Source: Vitrella brassicaformis CCMP3155
Lineage: Eukaryota; Protista; Chromerida
DNA: 64,000 nucleotides
Assembly: GCA_001179505.1 (NCBI GenBank)
Contig: CDMY01000276.1
Coordinates: 1 to 64,000, forward strand
Reading direction: 5' to 3'
Position numbers and translations under genes: made by a program. This document shows positions 22,901 through 35,050 of this stretch, piece by piece (the first letter of the stretch is position 1; each line of letters opens with the position of its first letter). Under the pieces are notes generated by a model. The model had not been told where the DNA came from. It ran no database searches and saw only the letters and a list, made by a program, of their open reading frames with translations.

Positions 22901-25877
22901 GCGTCGCCACCCCACCAACCAACCAGCCACCCACCAGCCACCCACCTACCTTGTTTCTGTGGTGTCTCTGCACATGTGCAGCACCAGTGCGAGCAGCAAC
23001 TCCGACAGGGGCGGGTTGGTATCCTTGAGGTAGAAGAGCAGCTTGGGCCACAGCTCCGGCCACCTGTGCCGGGACACCAAACCACCACCGCCGCCACAAC
23101 CAGAGCCGTCTCGAGAGACCAGCGGCAGTGGGGGGCCTCTGCACGCCCCTGGACACAGCTGCATCAGCTCGGGGGGCACCGACACGGGCAGCTGCCGAAA
23201 GTCCACTGCACACACAAAGGACAGGCGAGAGAGAAATGGACAGATGGATCAACGGATGGATGGGTGGGTGCTTGCTGTAGTTGGTTGGGTACATACCTCC
23301 CTGCAGGGCTGCAGTGAGGAGGAGACACCCTACCGAGGACTGCCAGATGACAAACCCCCTCCCTGTCGGCTCACTCTTCTCGTCAACCGTCGCCTCGTCG
23401 CGCCTCTGCCTCTTGTCGGCCGGCCCGTCGGCCAGCCCGCCGGCCACGCCATCAGAACGTCTCTTCTTGGACGAGTTGCGGCGGTCCTGGGTGAGCTCGC
23501 GGCTCAGCTTAGTGAAGACCGACGGACGGCTTCCGACGTCGTCTGCGTCGGTGCGAGTGTCTTCGTTGGGCCGGTGGGCTTGGTCACCATCAGGCCTCTG
23601 TGCGCTGGTATCCTGTTCTTCCTGTTGCGAAGCAGGCCAGTAGAGGCGGTGCACGACTCTCTCGAAGTGCGTGCGCAGGTGGGCCAGCAGCTGGGGCAGC
23701 TGATGGTGTTGCTGCTCGGTGGCGGCCTTGGTCCTGCTCTTTGCTGGCGCGTCGACCGTGTCGGTGTGACTGTGTGGATGAGGGAGAGGGAGAGTGGTGG
23801 TGATGGCCTCGGGCAGCCGTCGGTAGAGCAGGCAGTAGATGCTGCCTGTCAACACATACACCTGCTGAAGCCGGGCGGATATGCCATAGCTACTGCTGAT
23901 GGTGCTGCTGGTGTGTGGCGAGTCGGTCGCTGTGGCTGTCGGCCGTTGCGTCTTGAGGAAGGGGCCGCCCTTGTGTGTGTCTGCCCGCAGCTCGAGGTGC
24001 TCCAGCACCCTCCGCACATACTTGAGCAGCTTGTGCACCCGCTGCTGCGATACTGTTGGTTCAACAGGGCAACAAACATAGTATCACGACAGCAGCCGAG
24101 CCGTAAGCCATCCGCTACCCCGTTTCTCTCACCCTGGTCCTCCCTCTGTCGCAGGACGGTGCTGGTGCTGCTGCTGCTGCTGCCTGTGGCGGCTGCTGTG
24201 TGTTGTGTGAGAGCGGCATCGGTGACCTGGAGCACCAGCTGGGCCAGCCGAGTGTTGCTGGACTCTATCGCCTGCTGGTACACCTGATAGACGCACCCAT
24301 GACGCACCATGCACACACGGATGCGATGCGCACCAGGGTGACCTGGCCTGTGTGTGGTGTTGAATACGTACCTCCCTGTTGACGCCTGGGGGCGTGACGC
24401 GGCTGAGAGGGAAGAGGGCGAAGATCTGACTCGTCAGGTCATCCACAACCTGCAGAAACACATGCAGTGCACCGCACCGTCATTCACCCTTTGGTTGGTG
24501 GATGGGTCTGGGTGCGTGTGTGCCTGCCTGCCGGCCTGCCTGCCGGCCGGCCTGCCTGCCTGTCTGTCTGTCTGTCCAACCGCTGCATCGACGGGTGCGG
24601 CGCGGCGAGTGGCGCACAGCTCGGTGAGAAGCAGCATCACGTCCAAACTCCTGAACATACACAGAGACAGACAGACAGACAAACACGGACACCGTAGACA
24701 TCATGCTGCTTGGTGATTCACCCACCCATTCACCCACCGACGCACTTGAGCTGTCGCTGCAGCCTCTGCAAGACCTCCTCAGACACTTTGGACCTCTTGG
24801 CGCCCCCGACCTGATGCACATGCCATTCGGGGACACATATGGTGTGGGTGTGCTGCGGGCCGGCTGGCCGGCTGCCCTGCTGGCTGGCTATCCATGTGGG
24901 TACCGCGGCTTCGGCGAGGGTGGCGGCGGACGGCTGCTGCTCCAGCCAGAGGTGCACCAGCTGACGCAGCAGACGGTTGTAATCTGATGCCGGTGGGCCG
25001 CCCTGACACACAGACACAAACAGATACACAGACAAATATACAGACAGACGCAGGCCACAACGGATCTCTCATTCTCACGGGGTGTGTCTGCCATGAGCCC
25101 ACCTGTTTGTGTGTCGTCAGTGTTGACACAGACCCCCCGATGCGCCACGACTCGCTGATAACGTCTTGCAGCGACAGTTGCGCAACATCCCCCTCTCGCT
25201 GATGATCAGGCTCACCAGCAGTCGGTCCACGGTTGTCCAGTTGCTGTTCCAGCACCCTGCACACAACATGCCATCTTTTTCCACCCAATCACGGCCTTGT
25301 GCCACCCTCCCTCCCTCCCTCCCCCAGTAACCAACCTGTGTAGGCATGCTAGTACGGTGTGCGTCCGAGCAGAGCCCTCGAGAAGGCCGCAGAGGAGCGC
25401 GGGCAGCTCGTGCAGCAGACCACGGATGAGTGCCGGGCGGTGCCTGACGTACAGCTCCAGGATCTCACTGCCCTCCTCACGGATGTCACGACGCACGTGC
25501 GTCAGGCAACTGCACCAACACCACAGATGAGCCTACACATACCTGCCTGCCTGCCTCACGCACCGCATTTGGTCACTCACTGACCTCTTGAGGTAGGCCG
25601 ACAGCAGGTTGCCGTACGCCGACAAGTCTGCTGCAGCTGCTGCTGTCGCCGGTGCGACCACCTCTCCCTCTCCCTCTCCCTCTGTGTGAGTGAGGACGCC
25701 CTCCAGAAAGAGTCTGTAGTTCCGCCGCACCGTGGCGTCCTCGTCGACCGCAGCACACGCGGTCTCCTGCAGGACCATGCCCAGCCGGGAGCGGAGGGCG
25801 TGTGGGTACTTGGTCAGCAGCTCACGGATGCCCTGGATGGCATTCCGACGAGTGGTGAAGTTGTGATGACGAACCTA

Positions 25878-25912
<35 letters not shown>

Positions 25913-26199
25913 CACACACACAGGCGAGTGAATGAACGAGTGGTCATCCATCGGCTTTGCTGGCTGACCTGTGCGATGAGGTCTTGCAGGTTCTGCTGCC
26001 TGGCGGTGGTCTCGTCGCCCTTGTCGAGGAGGACCGACTGAGTAGGGACGGCGATGGGCTTGGCCTTGACGGCCGTCTGCAGCTCGTTGTGCGGCCGCAC
26101 CTTCCGCTTGCCCACCTTCTGCCTCACCTTCTCGAAGTCCTTGGGGTGGGCCGACTGCTGCTTTTGCTTCTTCTTGCTCCCGCCCTTCGGAGCCTTCAT
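19950..26199 (-). CDS. TEX10: TEX10/Ipi1 (Rix1 complex, pre-60S processing), long helical-repeat protein; 3' end approximate
   Basis: N-terminus MKAPKGGSKKKQKQQSAHPKDFEKVRQKVGKRKVRPHNELQTAVKAKPIAVPTQSV...QNLQDLIAQVRHHNFTTRRNAIQGIRELLTKYP...AVDEDATVR matches the Ipi1/TEX10 DFxKxKxKVGK signature and Ipi1_N region; many downstream same-strand exons. Confidence 0.8.
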
Positions 26200-26675
26200 C
26201 CTCACACAGCGAGATGTATTGAGTCCGCTCAAGTGCCCTACGGCGGTATTAGCTCGCAGGCCTCCGCGAGAGTGAGCACCAGCACGGCGATGACATCACT
26301 GAAGAATCCATCGAAGATAAGATAGAAAGACCCCGGCTGTCCTGACGGGGACAAAGCAGTGCATTCTTGTGAGATCTCGCTGCTGCTGCCAACACCTGTG
26401 CTGCACACTGCGTGCATACCTTCCTGACGAGCAGCCTTCGTGAGAGCGGTCCTCCTTCGAGCAGTGCGAGCTTTATGGCGATCTCTCCCCCGATGTCCTC
26501 AACCGCTCCACCAGCCAACCAGCTCCGATGTCCTCAATCCAAATGTCCTCAATCCAAATGCATGCGGATCCCGTTTGTTTGAGGGGAGGATCGCGGTGCC
26601 CTGGCATCTCGGCAAGTTTTTCGCTTTCTCCGTCTGTTCCGAGAAAGAGCGTTTTCGATTTGGTTGCTGGCAGCG

Positions 26676-27790
26676 ATGAAGGGTCCCTCGTATGCGCTCC
26701 TCATCGCCTTGGCGGCCGTCTGTTCCGTAGCTGTGGCCTCGGCCATGTACAGCAACTACTGCTAGGGCGAGGACTGCTACACTGGTGGGTGCATCTGATC
26801 AGATCTATGGCGTATACGTCACTCCTGAGCCATATGTGGCTGTCCTACTTGTCCGCTGTGTGCTGTCCGCTGTGTGCAGATGCATCGTTTTTGGACCGCA
26901 CTAACGAGATCTCCCGCCTGCAGACCGCCCGCACCCACAGCAACAACGGTGTGTGCGGCACACACACATGCACGGCACACACAGCTGATACGAGATGACC
27001 GCACTGCGCCCGTGGTGGCAGGGATGGATGGATGGATGGATGTGTGTTGCTGCCTGGTGTGTGCAATGTGTGTGTGCAGGTGTCTCTGGCCATCTGTCGC
27101 TCGTGCAGCAGAACGTGCAGCAGGACAAGAGCATGATGGAGGCGTCCAGCAAGATGAGCCAGGCGTCCAGCACGATGGCCGCAAACGCCCTCCAAGCCAT
27201 CAACAACATCCACCAGCAGCTCGCCACCAAAGGTACACAGACAGTCGGTGGGTGGATTCACACACGACGAGCATCACACTGGAATGTCTATCTATCTGTG
27301 TCTCTCTCTCTCTCCGTCTGTCTGTCTGTCTGTCTGTCTGTGTGTCTGTGTGCAGAGAGTTGCAGTGTGTGTGGCATCAGCAAATCCGACTTAGAACCCA
27401 CCAGCATCACTTAAGTACAAGCTGTGCAACGAAGCCGGCATCTGCCAGCTGGATATGGGCTCACAGACAATGGGCGGCAAGTGCTAAACAGGCACCTGCA
27501 TCCTGCCATTCCAGAGCAGCTTGGGCGGCAGCACTGAGAAGTACTTCTGCGAGCAGGGCACGCTGCGCTACAAATACGGCACTAAAGACGGGAGCCCCCA
27601 GAGCCACGGCAACTATAAAATGAACTTCCCCTACTGCGAAAAGAAAGTACGTACGTACTGTTCCAAAGAAAGGCGATTAGATTTGACGAGAGAGCTGGTG
27701 TGCCTGTGTCAACACGCATGTGGGTCTGTGTGTGTGTGTGTGTGTGTGTGCAGTACGTCGCCAAGAAGGAGACCGTCTCTCTGACATACT
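26676..27790 (+). pseudogene. Orphan secreted gene Y, copy B (same TAG at 26763-26765; different Cys-rich 3' exons with further lesions)
   Basis: MKGPSYALLIALAAVCSVAVASAMYSNYC*GEDCYT...QQNVQQDKSMMEASSKMSQASSTMAANALQAINNIHQQLATK, then ESCSVCGISK, and in a shifted frame LKYKLCNEAGICQLDMGSQTMGGKC*TGTCILPF...KYFCEQGTLRYKYG...FPYCEKK. Confidence 0.55.
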
Positions 27791-28759
27791 AGACTGATAG
27801 ACAGACTGGTAGCAAGAGGGGGGCACCGGGTAGAGAGAGACCGTAGATGGCTGCATGCCTCCAAACACACACATACATACACATACACACACAGTGACGA
27901 AGGGGGGGAACACAACTTATGGGTGGATTGGCTGGGTGCCTTGCTTATGGGGGGGTGCACTGCGTGCAGTGTGTGTGGGTGTGGCTTGACCTGGTCGATC
28001 TGCAGCTAACCGTCTCTCTCTCTGGCTGCCTGCAAGGGGGTGAAATTGTGTGTGTGCGGGGTGGGCGTGTTCGGCCCTTGATGGTGGGCCAACCGACCCC
28101 TTCGCTTACGGAATGTCACATTCCTGTCTGTGTGTCCGTCTGTGTGTGGGGGATAGCGGTACACCGTCCGGCCATGCTGTCTAGTGTATGTGGTGTGGTG
28201 TGCCGTGTGCCGTCTGTCCGCCGTGTGTGTATGTCTGGGGGAGGGGGCAATGGGCAACAGGTGGCGAGGAACAAACATTTCACGTCTATATCGGCCGATC
28301 TGATGGACGATGGTCACCTAAACGAATGAAGGAAACACACACACATCCGTCTTTAAAACACACAAATGTACGTCAGTCCTCACCACATTCTCGTCACAAT
28401 GACGTGTGTAACTTTCACAGTCGACACGCACACATATCCTATATACTCGACATGCTCCCACACAAACACGCTCATCGAGTGTGTCGGTCGGTCTGTCTCT
28501 CCCTGCTCACACACACACACACACAGCATGCATTACACAGATCAGCCGACGCCATTCTTCAGCATGACCTGGTCATCTGCCCCCCCGTGGCCCTCTCCAC
28601 GACCCATTCCGCCCATCGCCACCGTCGCCCCCTGTCGCGTCAGCTCCCCGCCCACCGCCCACCGAAGACCGCACTCAACGGTGTCACGGAACTCACCTTC
28701 AACCACACACATCGACACAACACAGACACAGAGAGAGAGGGAGGTACCATTTCTATCTA

Positions 28760-29785
28760 CTATGCTATGCTGTGCTGTGCTGTGCCCAGCCAGCGTAGCG
28801 AACCGGCAGATCGCTGAAGTACCAGCGGCTGTTGGTCGAGGAAGGCGCTGGCCTGCTGAAGCTCCGCAACCTCCCTACCGTAATCAGACTGAAACCACAC
28901 ACACACACTTACACACACACACACACACACTCGTGCCGTGCCAGCCGCCCACGTGTGTACCTCTTTCTTGAGGCTGGTGGGCAACGGCGGCATCATGGGA
29001 TCCTCTCCGCCACAGATGAACCGCCTCAGCTTGGTGTAGTGGCCCGTCAGCCGCCGCACCCTCTCCTCCACCGCACCGTCGAACACATCGGCCATCTCGC
29101 GGCCGTTGCGCAGCCTCGTCCGCTCCTCGTCCATCATCCGCTGCAGCGACTCACGGGAGAGCCCACTGGCCGCCCTCTCTCTCTCCCGCTCCCTGCGCCG
29201 CCTCTCCTTGTCACGGACCCTCTCCAGCTCCCTCTCCCTCTCCCTTTGCCGCTCCTTCTGCAGCTCTCTCTCCTTCTCGCGATCCTTCTTGGATAACTTC
29301 TTCTTGCTGCGCCCCTTGCCGGAGGCCCTGGTGGTCTTGACCTTGACCTTTGGCTTCGGCTTCGGCTTGGCCGCAGCGGCCTGGCCCTGCGCCGCCCTCG
29401 GCTGGTCTGCCGATGAACCTTGCTGCTGCTGCTGCTGCTGGGTGGTGTCCCCAGCTGCTGCTGCTGCTGCTGCTAGTGGTGGTGCTGTCGATGGCTGCTG
29501 TTGCTGCAGGGGCTGTGTGAGGATTCTGTCGAATTTCTGGAGGGCCTCGGGCGAGGTGATGGTGGGGAGGGACAGGGGAGGTGCCTCGAACAAGGCCAAC
29601 GCCAGACACCACTGCACCAGACCAGATCAGACAGACCACATGGACACACACACATCCATCGCCGGTGCGTTGGTGTGTTGATGTGTGCGGTGCAGGCGTC
29701 CGCCAGGCTCACTCACTTGCAGCTCCTGATAGAGGTCACTGATGGCCAGGCGGATCAGGCTGCCCCGGTCACCCGGTTTCGCCAT
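28760..29785 (-). CDS. Orphan gene X, copy B (apparently intact)
   Basis: MAKPGDRGSLIRLAISDLYQELQ, then WCLALALFEAPP...DQPRAAQGQAAAAKPKPK...ERERELERVRDKERRRRER...LRRFICGGEDPMMPPLPTSLKKE, then SDYGREVAELQQASAFLDQQ...*. Confidence 0.55.
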
Positions 29786-30188
29786 CGGAGATGGATCTCG
29801 AGGAGTGCTTTTCTTGTGTTCCTCGAGATGACGGAATGAGGGATGCTCTCAAAACAGTGAGCACCAGCATCGAAGACCGCCTGTGTCCTGAGGGGGACAA
29901 AGCAGTGCATTCTTGTGAGATCTCGCTGCTGCTGCCAACACCTGTGCTGCACACTGCCTACCTTCCATTGTTACGTACTTCCATTGCTTGAGCAGCAGCG
30001 TTTCAGGGACTTGAGCAGTGCGAGCTTTATGGCGATCTGAGGAGAGGAATGAACCTACCACCTCGTCATTCCTGCCGACAACTCCTGCAGCATTCCTTTC
30101 CCTTCTCCTGGCATTAAGTGGGCCGCGATTCTTCATTCACTCGTTCCGTCGATCGTTTCGTTTTCGTGTGGGTGTGGCACACACACGG

Positions 30189-30865
30189 ATGTCGGATTCC
30201 GTGAGCCAGGAGCAGCATCAGCACCTGATGGCCCAGCAGTCGAGAGGTGTGGAGGTGGACGAGTACGGCTCGCCACGGTCGCCGCTCAACTCGTGCGGCA
30301 CCACATGGGAGCGCCGCATGTCGGCGCAGCTTGTATGGGTACGCACGGACGCACGGACGGACGGACGGACGGACAAACCTGCGGGAGGGAATCAGACAGG
30401 AAGGCAGGCAGGCAGGCAGGCGCACAGGAATCATTGACGGAAGAATGAATTGTGGGTGTGTGGTGTGTGTCATTCTTTGTGCAGCGTGACCGCAATGAGA
30501 TCCCACAGCTGGACCCGAGTGTGGGTCTGCCGCACTCGGAGGCGGTCGAGAGCACCCTGACGGACTTCTACCAAATCACCATGTGTACGCAGACAGACAG
30601 ACAGACACAGAGAGAGAGAGGGAGATGAGTGACTGACACAGATGGTGCACTGCACGCCGTGTGTTATGACTGACATGTGTGCCTTACTAAGGTTATGCGT
30701 ATTGGAAGGCTGGCAAGGAGAATCAGCACGCCGTCTTCGACCTGTTCTTCAGGAAATGCCCGTTCCACGGGGTGGGTGAGGAGAGGGTCAGTCAGTCAGT
30801 CAGTGAGCAAAGCAAAGCACACACACATGGACTGATTGATGGGTGGATGGATGGATGGATGAGTG

Positions 30866-30903
<38 letters not shown>

Positions 30904-31991
30904 TCTGCAGGAGTTTGCCATTATCGCTGGTGTGGAGGAGGCCGTCCGTTTCCTCAACACGTTCCACTTCTCCAACGACCAAATCGAATACCTCAAGTGA
31001 ATCACACACACAAACACACACCAACAAAGACAAAACCAGCCCAGCGACCTGTGCGTCTGTTTCTTTGTGTGTGTGTGTGTGTGTGTGTGTGTTTAGGGGT
31101 CAGCTACCGACAGCCAAGGAGGGTTTCTTTGACTTCCTCAAGAAGCTGGACTGCTCCAAGGTCACCGTGTACGGTGAGTCATGCGCCTGCCGTGGTGGTT
31201 GTGTGCCCGCCATCTACGCATCGGACCCATAGTCTAAAGCCTTTGTGTGTTTGTGTGTGGGTCGATTCGATGGGCGTGCAGCGATCCCGGAAGGCTCCAT
31301 TGTGTTCGCCAAGGAGCCTCTGATGCGCATCGAGGGGCCTCTCGCGGTCTGCCAACTCCTGGTGGGTGGGTGGGCTTCTTCCACAGCCGTCTGATTTGTT
31401 TGTGTTGTGTGCACACGACTGCACTGTTCCTGTGTGTGTGTGTCTGTGCAGGAGACGCCTCTGCTCAACCTGCTCAACTACGCGTCCCTTGTGGCGACGA
31501 ACGCAGCCAGGTCAATCACAACTGACACACGCACTTGGTTCACGCATTCAATGCAATGCATGGGGGGATATACCTCGATGGGCTTATGGTGTGGATGGAT
31601 GGATGGATGCAGGCACGCCATGGCGAGTGCGGCCAACCCCGGCAACCGGCCCATCCAGCTGCTCGAATTCGGCACAAGGAGAGCGCAAGGTGCGCAGCGG
31701 GACAGACAGACACGTGTGTGTCCTGTTCACATGGATGGATGGATGGATGGAGTGGGTACGTGTACGTTGTCGTGTCGTGTCGTCTTGTGTTGGTTGGCTG
31801 GTTGGTTCAGGTCCTGACGGCGCCATGTCTGCGAGCCGTTATTCGTATCTGGGTGGGTTCCACGGCACTTCGAATGTGCGCGCCGGACACCTCTTTGGCA
31901 TCCCTGTCGTCGGTATGTGCGTCTCTGGTCTGGGTGGATCCCATACACACAGATACATGTGGGTCTCTGCCTCTCTCTCTTCTCTGCGTCT

Positions 31992-32022
<31 letters not shown>

Positions 32023-32455
32023 ATGTGTAATGTGCGTCATGCCAGGGACCCATGCGCACGCTTTCGTCACATCTTTCGAAGGTAAGCAGGTGGTTTGCGC
32101 GTGTGTGGCGCGCGGATGAATGTGCGTGTTGTGTGTGTCAATGAATCAATCAGGTCTGAGGGATCTGGAGGGCGAGCCCAAGCCCCTCGGGACGTGCGAA
32201 GACTTCGTGCAGCTGGTTGGTACCAACCATATAAACCACACCACCATCCATCCATCCATGTGTGTGTGTGTGTGTGTGTGCAGGTGCTGCAGTACCGCGC
32301 CGAGTTCAACAGGAAGGTCGCCACCAAGCCCACCATGCAGAACGAGGGGGAGCTCGCCGCATTCATCTCATACGCACTGGTATGTATGTCTGTATGTGTG
32401 TAAGGGTGTATTTGCCGCACACACGGGCACTCTGTGTCTGCCTGCTCACGTGCTC

Positions 32456-32487
<32 letters not shown>

Positions 32488-34189
32488 CCAGTCGTTCCCC
32501 AAGAACTGTCTGGCCCTCGTCGACACATACGACACCATTCACTCAGGTACCTGAGTCAGTCAGGGAATGACTGACCCTCACAGACGATGGACGGCATATT
32601 ATGTCAAACAATGCTATGCTGCACACATCACATCCACACAGGCGTGTGCAACTTCCTGATGGTGGCATTGGCGCTCCATTCGCTGGGCTATAAGGCGCGG
32701 GGCATTCGGCTCGACAGCGGCGATCTCGCATACCTCAGCAAGTAGGGACACCCACACGCGCTCACCCACACACGGGGAAGGATTCTCTTTGTGCGCGTGC
32801 GCTGCTCACAGGGAGGCCCGGAAGCTCTTCAAAGCGACGAGCAAGGCGGTATGTGTGTGTGTGTGTGTGTGGTGTGTGGTGTGTCTGTCTGCTTGATGAC
32901 GAACCACGTCTGCACGTCGTGCGTGCGTGCGTGTGTGTGTGTGTCAGTTCGACGTGCCGTTTGACAGCCTGGCGATCGTGGCGTCCAACGACATCAACGA
33001 GAAGGTCATCATGGCACTCAACCAAGAGGTGCGGTCAGGCAGGCAGGCAGACAGACAGACACCCTCACACACACATGTTCAAGCGATGATAGGTGGACGG
33101 CTGCATGGCATGGCCTGGGTGTGTGTGTGTGTGTGTGTGCAGGGTCACGAGCTGGACAGTTTCGGCATTGGGACGCACCTCGTCACGTGCCAGGCGCAGC
33201 CCGCTCTGGGAATGGTACACTCGAGCAGTCAGTGCACTCACAGAAATACGTATACACACACATGCCCCCGGGAGGATGCGGTGCGGTTACTTACTGCACA
33301 CTTATTGCATTGTGCGTGTGTGTGTCCGTGTCGTGTGTGCAGGTCTACAAGCTGGCCGAGCTCGACAGCACTCCACGAATGAAGCTCTCACAGGTCATTC
33401 GGTCACTCACCCGACCCACCACACCCGTGTTTGTGCATTGATTGCCAATGCACTGCACTGCCCGCGTGTGTCCGGTCGGTCGGTCAAACAGGATGTTGAG
33501 AAGACGTCCATCCCGTGCCGCAAGGCCCTCTACCGCCTCTACGCGCGCAGCGGAGTGGCCGTTCTCGACATGATGCAGGTAAATAGGTAAATCCCGGGGA
33601 CCCACAGTCAGTGGCACATCCACATCAATCACTGACTTACACATAGAACAAACGTCCCACATTGGCCCCTCCCCGCTTGTCGTTCTCTGTGTGGTGTGAT
33701 GGGCCGTGTGGTGTGGTCAGCACTCGGCCGATCCCCCTCCCAAAGAGGGCGACCGGATCTTCTGTAGACATCTCTTTGACGAGACCAAACGGTGCTACGT
33801 CGTGCCGAGCAGGGTGCGGCAGAGAGCGCACGACACGACACGGGCACTTCGGTCCGGTATGGCTGTGACTGTGTTTGCATGTCTGTGTGTGTGTGTGTGT
33901 GTAGGTTGAGCAGCTGTTGGTGTGCATATGGCAGGAGGGCAAATCCGTCGGACACCGACCATCACTCAAGGTGAGCACCAGAGAGGACAGGCAGGCAGGC
34001 AGGTACGGCGTGTGTTTCGATTTGGCCATCTGTCTGTCCCTATCTATCATCTCCTTGCACACACATATGTCACATCAGGAGTGCCGCGACCACTGCATCC
34101 AGTCGCTGAAGATGGTCCGCTCCGACCACCTGCGAACAGAAAACCCCACACCGTACAAAGTCAGTCAGTGTTCACATGAGCGGATGGCA

Positions 34190-34222
<33 letters not shown>

Positions 34223-34346
34223 CTCGAGCTCTTCTGTTCCGGTGCGTGTGTGTGCGTGTGTGTGTCAGGTGTCTGCGTCGGGTGTGTTCTACGATTTCTT
34301 CAAGGATCTCTGGCAGAAGACGAGCCCCATTTTCGAGCTACAGTAG
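30189..34346 (+). CDS. NAPRT: Nicotinate phosphoribosyltransferase (Preiss-Handler NAD salvage), >20 exons
   Basis: [172 protein letters not shown]. Confidence 0.96.
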
Positions 34347-35050
34347 TAGTAGTAGTAGTATTATTAGATGCACACCACCAGCAGCACAGTAGCCGACAGG
34401 ACGGACGGACGGACGGACGCGTCTGTCTATTTGTTTGCCGTGCGTGTGTGCGTGTGTGGATGTGGGTGTCTGACGCGTGGCTTCGGTGCGGTGTGGTGTG
34501 GTGTACAGGCAGAAAGACAGAAAAAGAACACACACAAAGAGAGACATAGCTTAGCTAGGTAGTCGGTAGGGATTCTACGCTACACGCACATGACATGACG
34601 TGATGCGATGCATGGTCCGGACGGCGGACGGCCGGGACAAAGAACGCGTTTCACACGACGTCGGTCGATGGCTCGCTCTGTCAGTGTCGGTCTGGTGTAA
34701 AGCGGTGTATTGTCTGCGCGTCCTTAATTGCATTACCTCCCAAATACCTCCCTCCATCCCTTTCGCACGCCTTGAGTCTGAGAGAGGCTTGTTTCCACTG
34801 CAAGTCGGAGGGGCTGACTGACGTGCTCATTCGAATGCTTATCAGACATAAGGCCTGAAAGCAGTGTCGTGTGTGTGCAGGAGACGTTCACGCATTTGTG
34901 CGTGTGAGAGTGGCCCTGCACTATTGAGAGACTCACGCGACCATACAAGAAGGTCCCACATCACGCATCGCATGCGTCTGCCTATGCATACATAGAACTA
35001 CTAACGACCCAGAAGCACTCGCGTAGGCCTTCTTTCCCTTATTTACCTTT

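Larger units (their letters stand above)
26270..30040 (-). repeat. X-Y-Z orphan cassette, copy B (inverted relative to A), with an extra 5' fragment of Z at 29860-30040
   Basis: Read on the minus strand the order is Z fragment, X, spacer, Y (antisense), Z fragment, the same X-Y-Z order as copy A. Confidence 0.85.
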
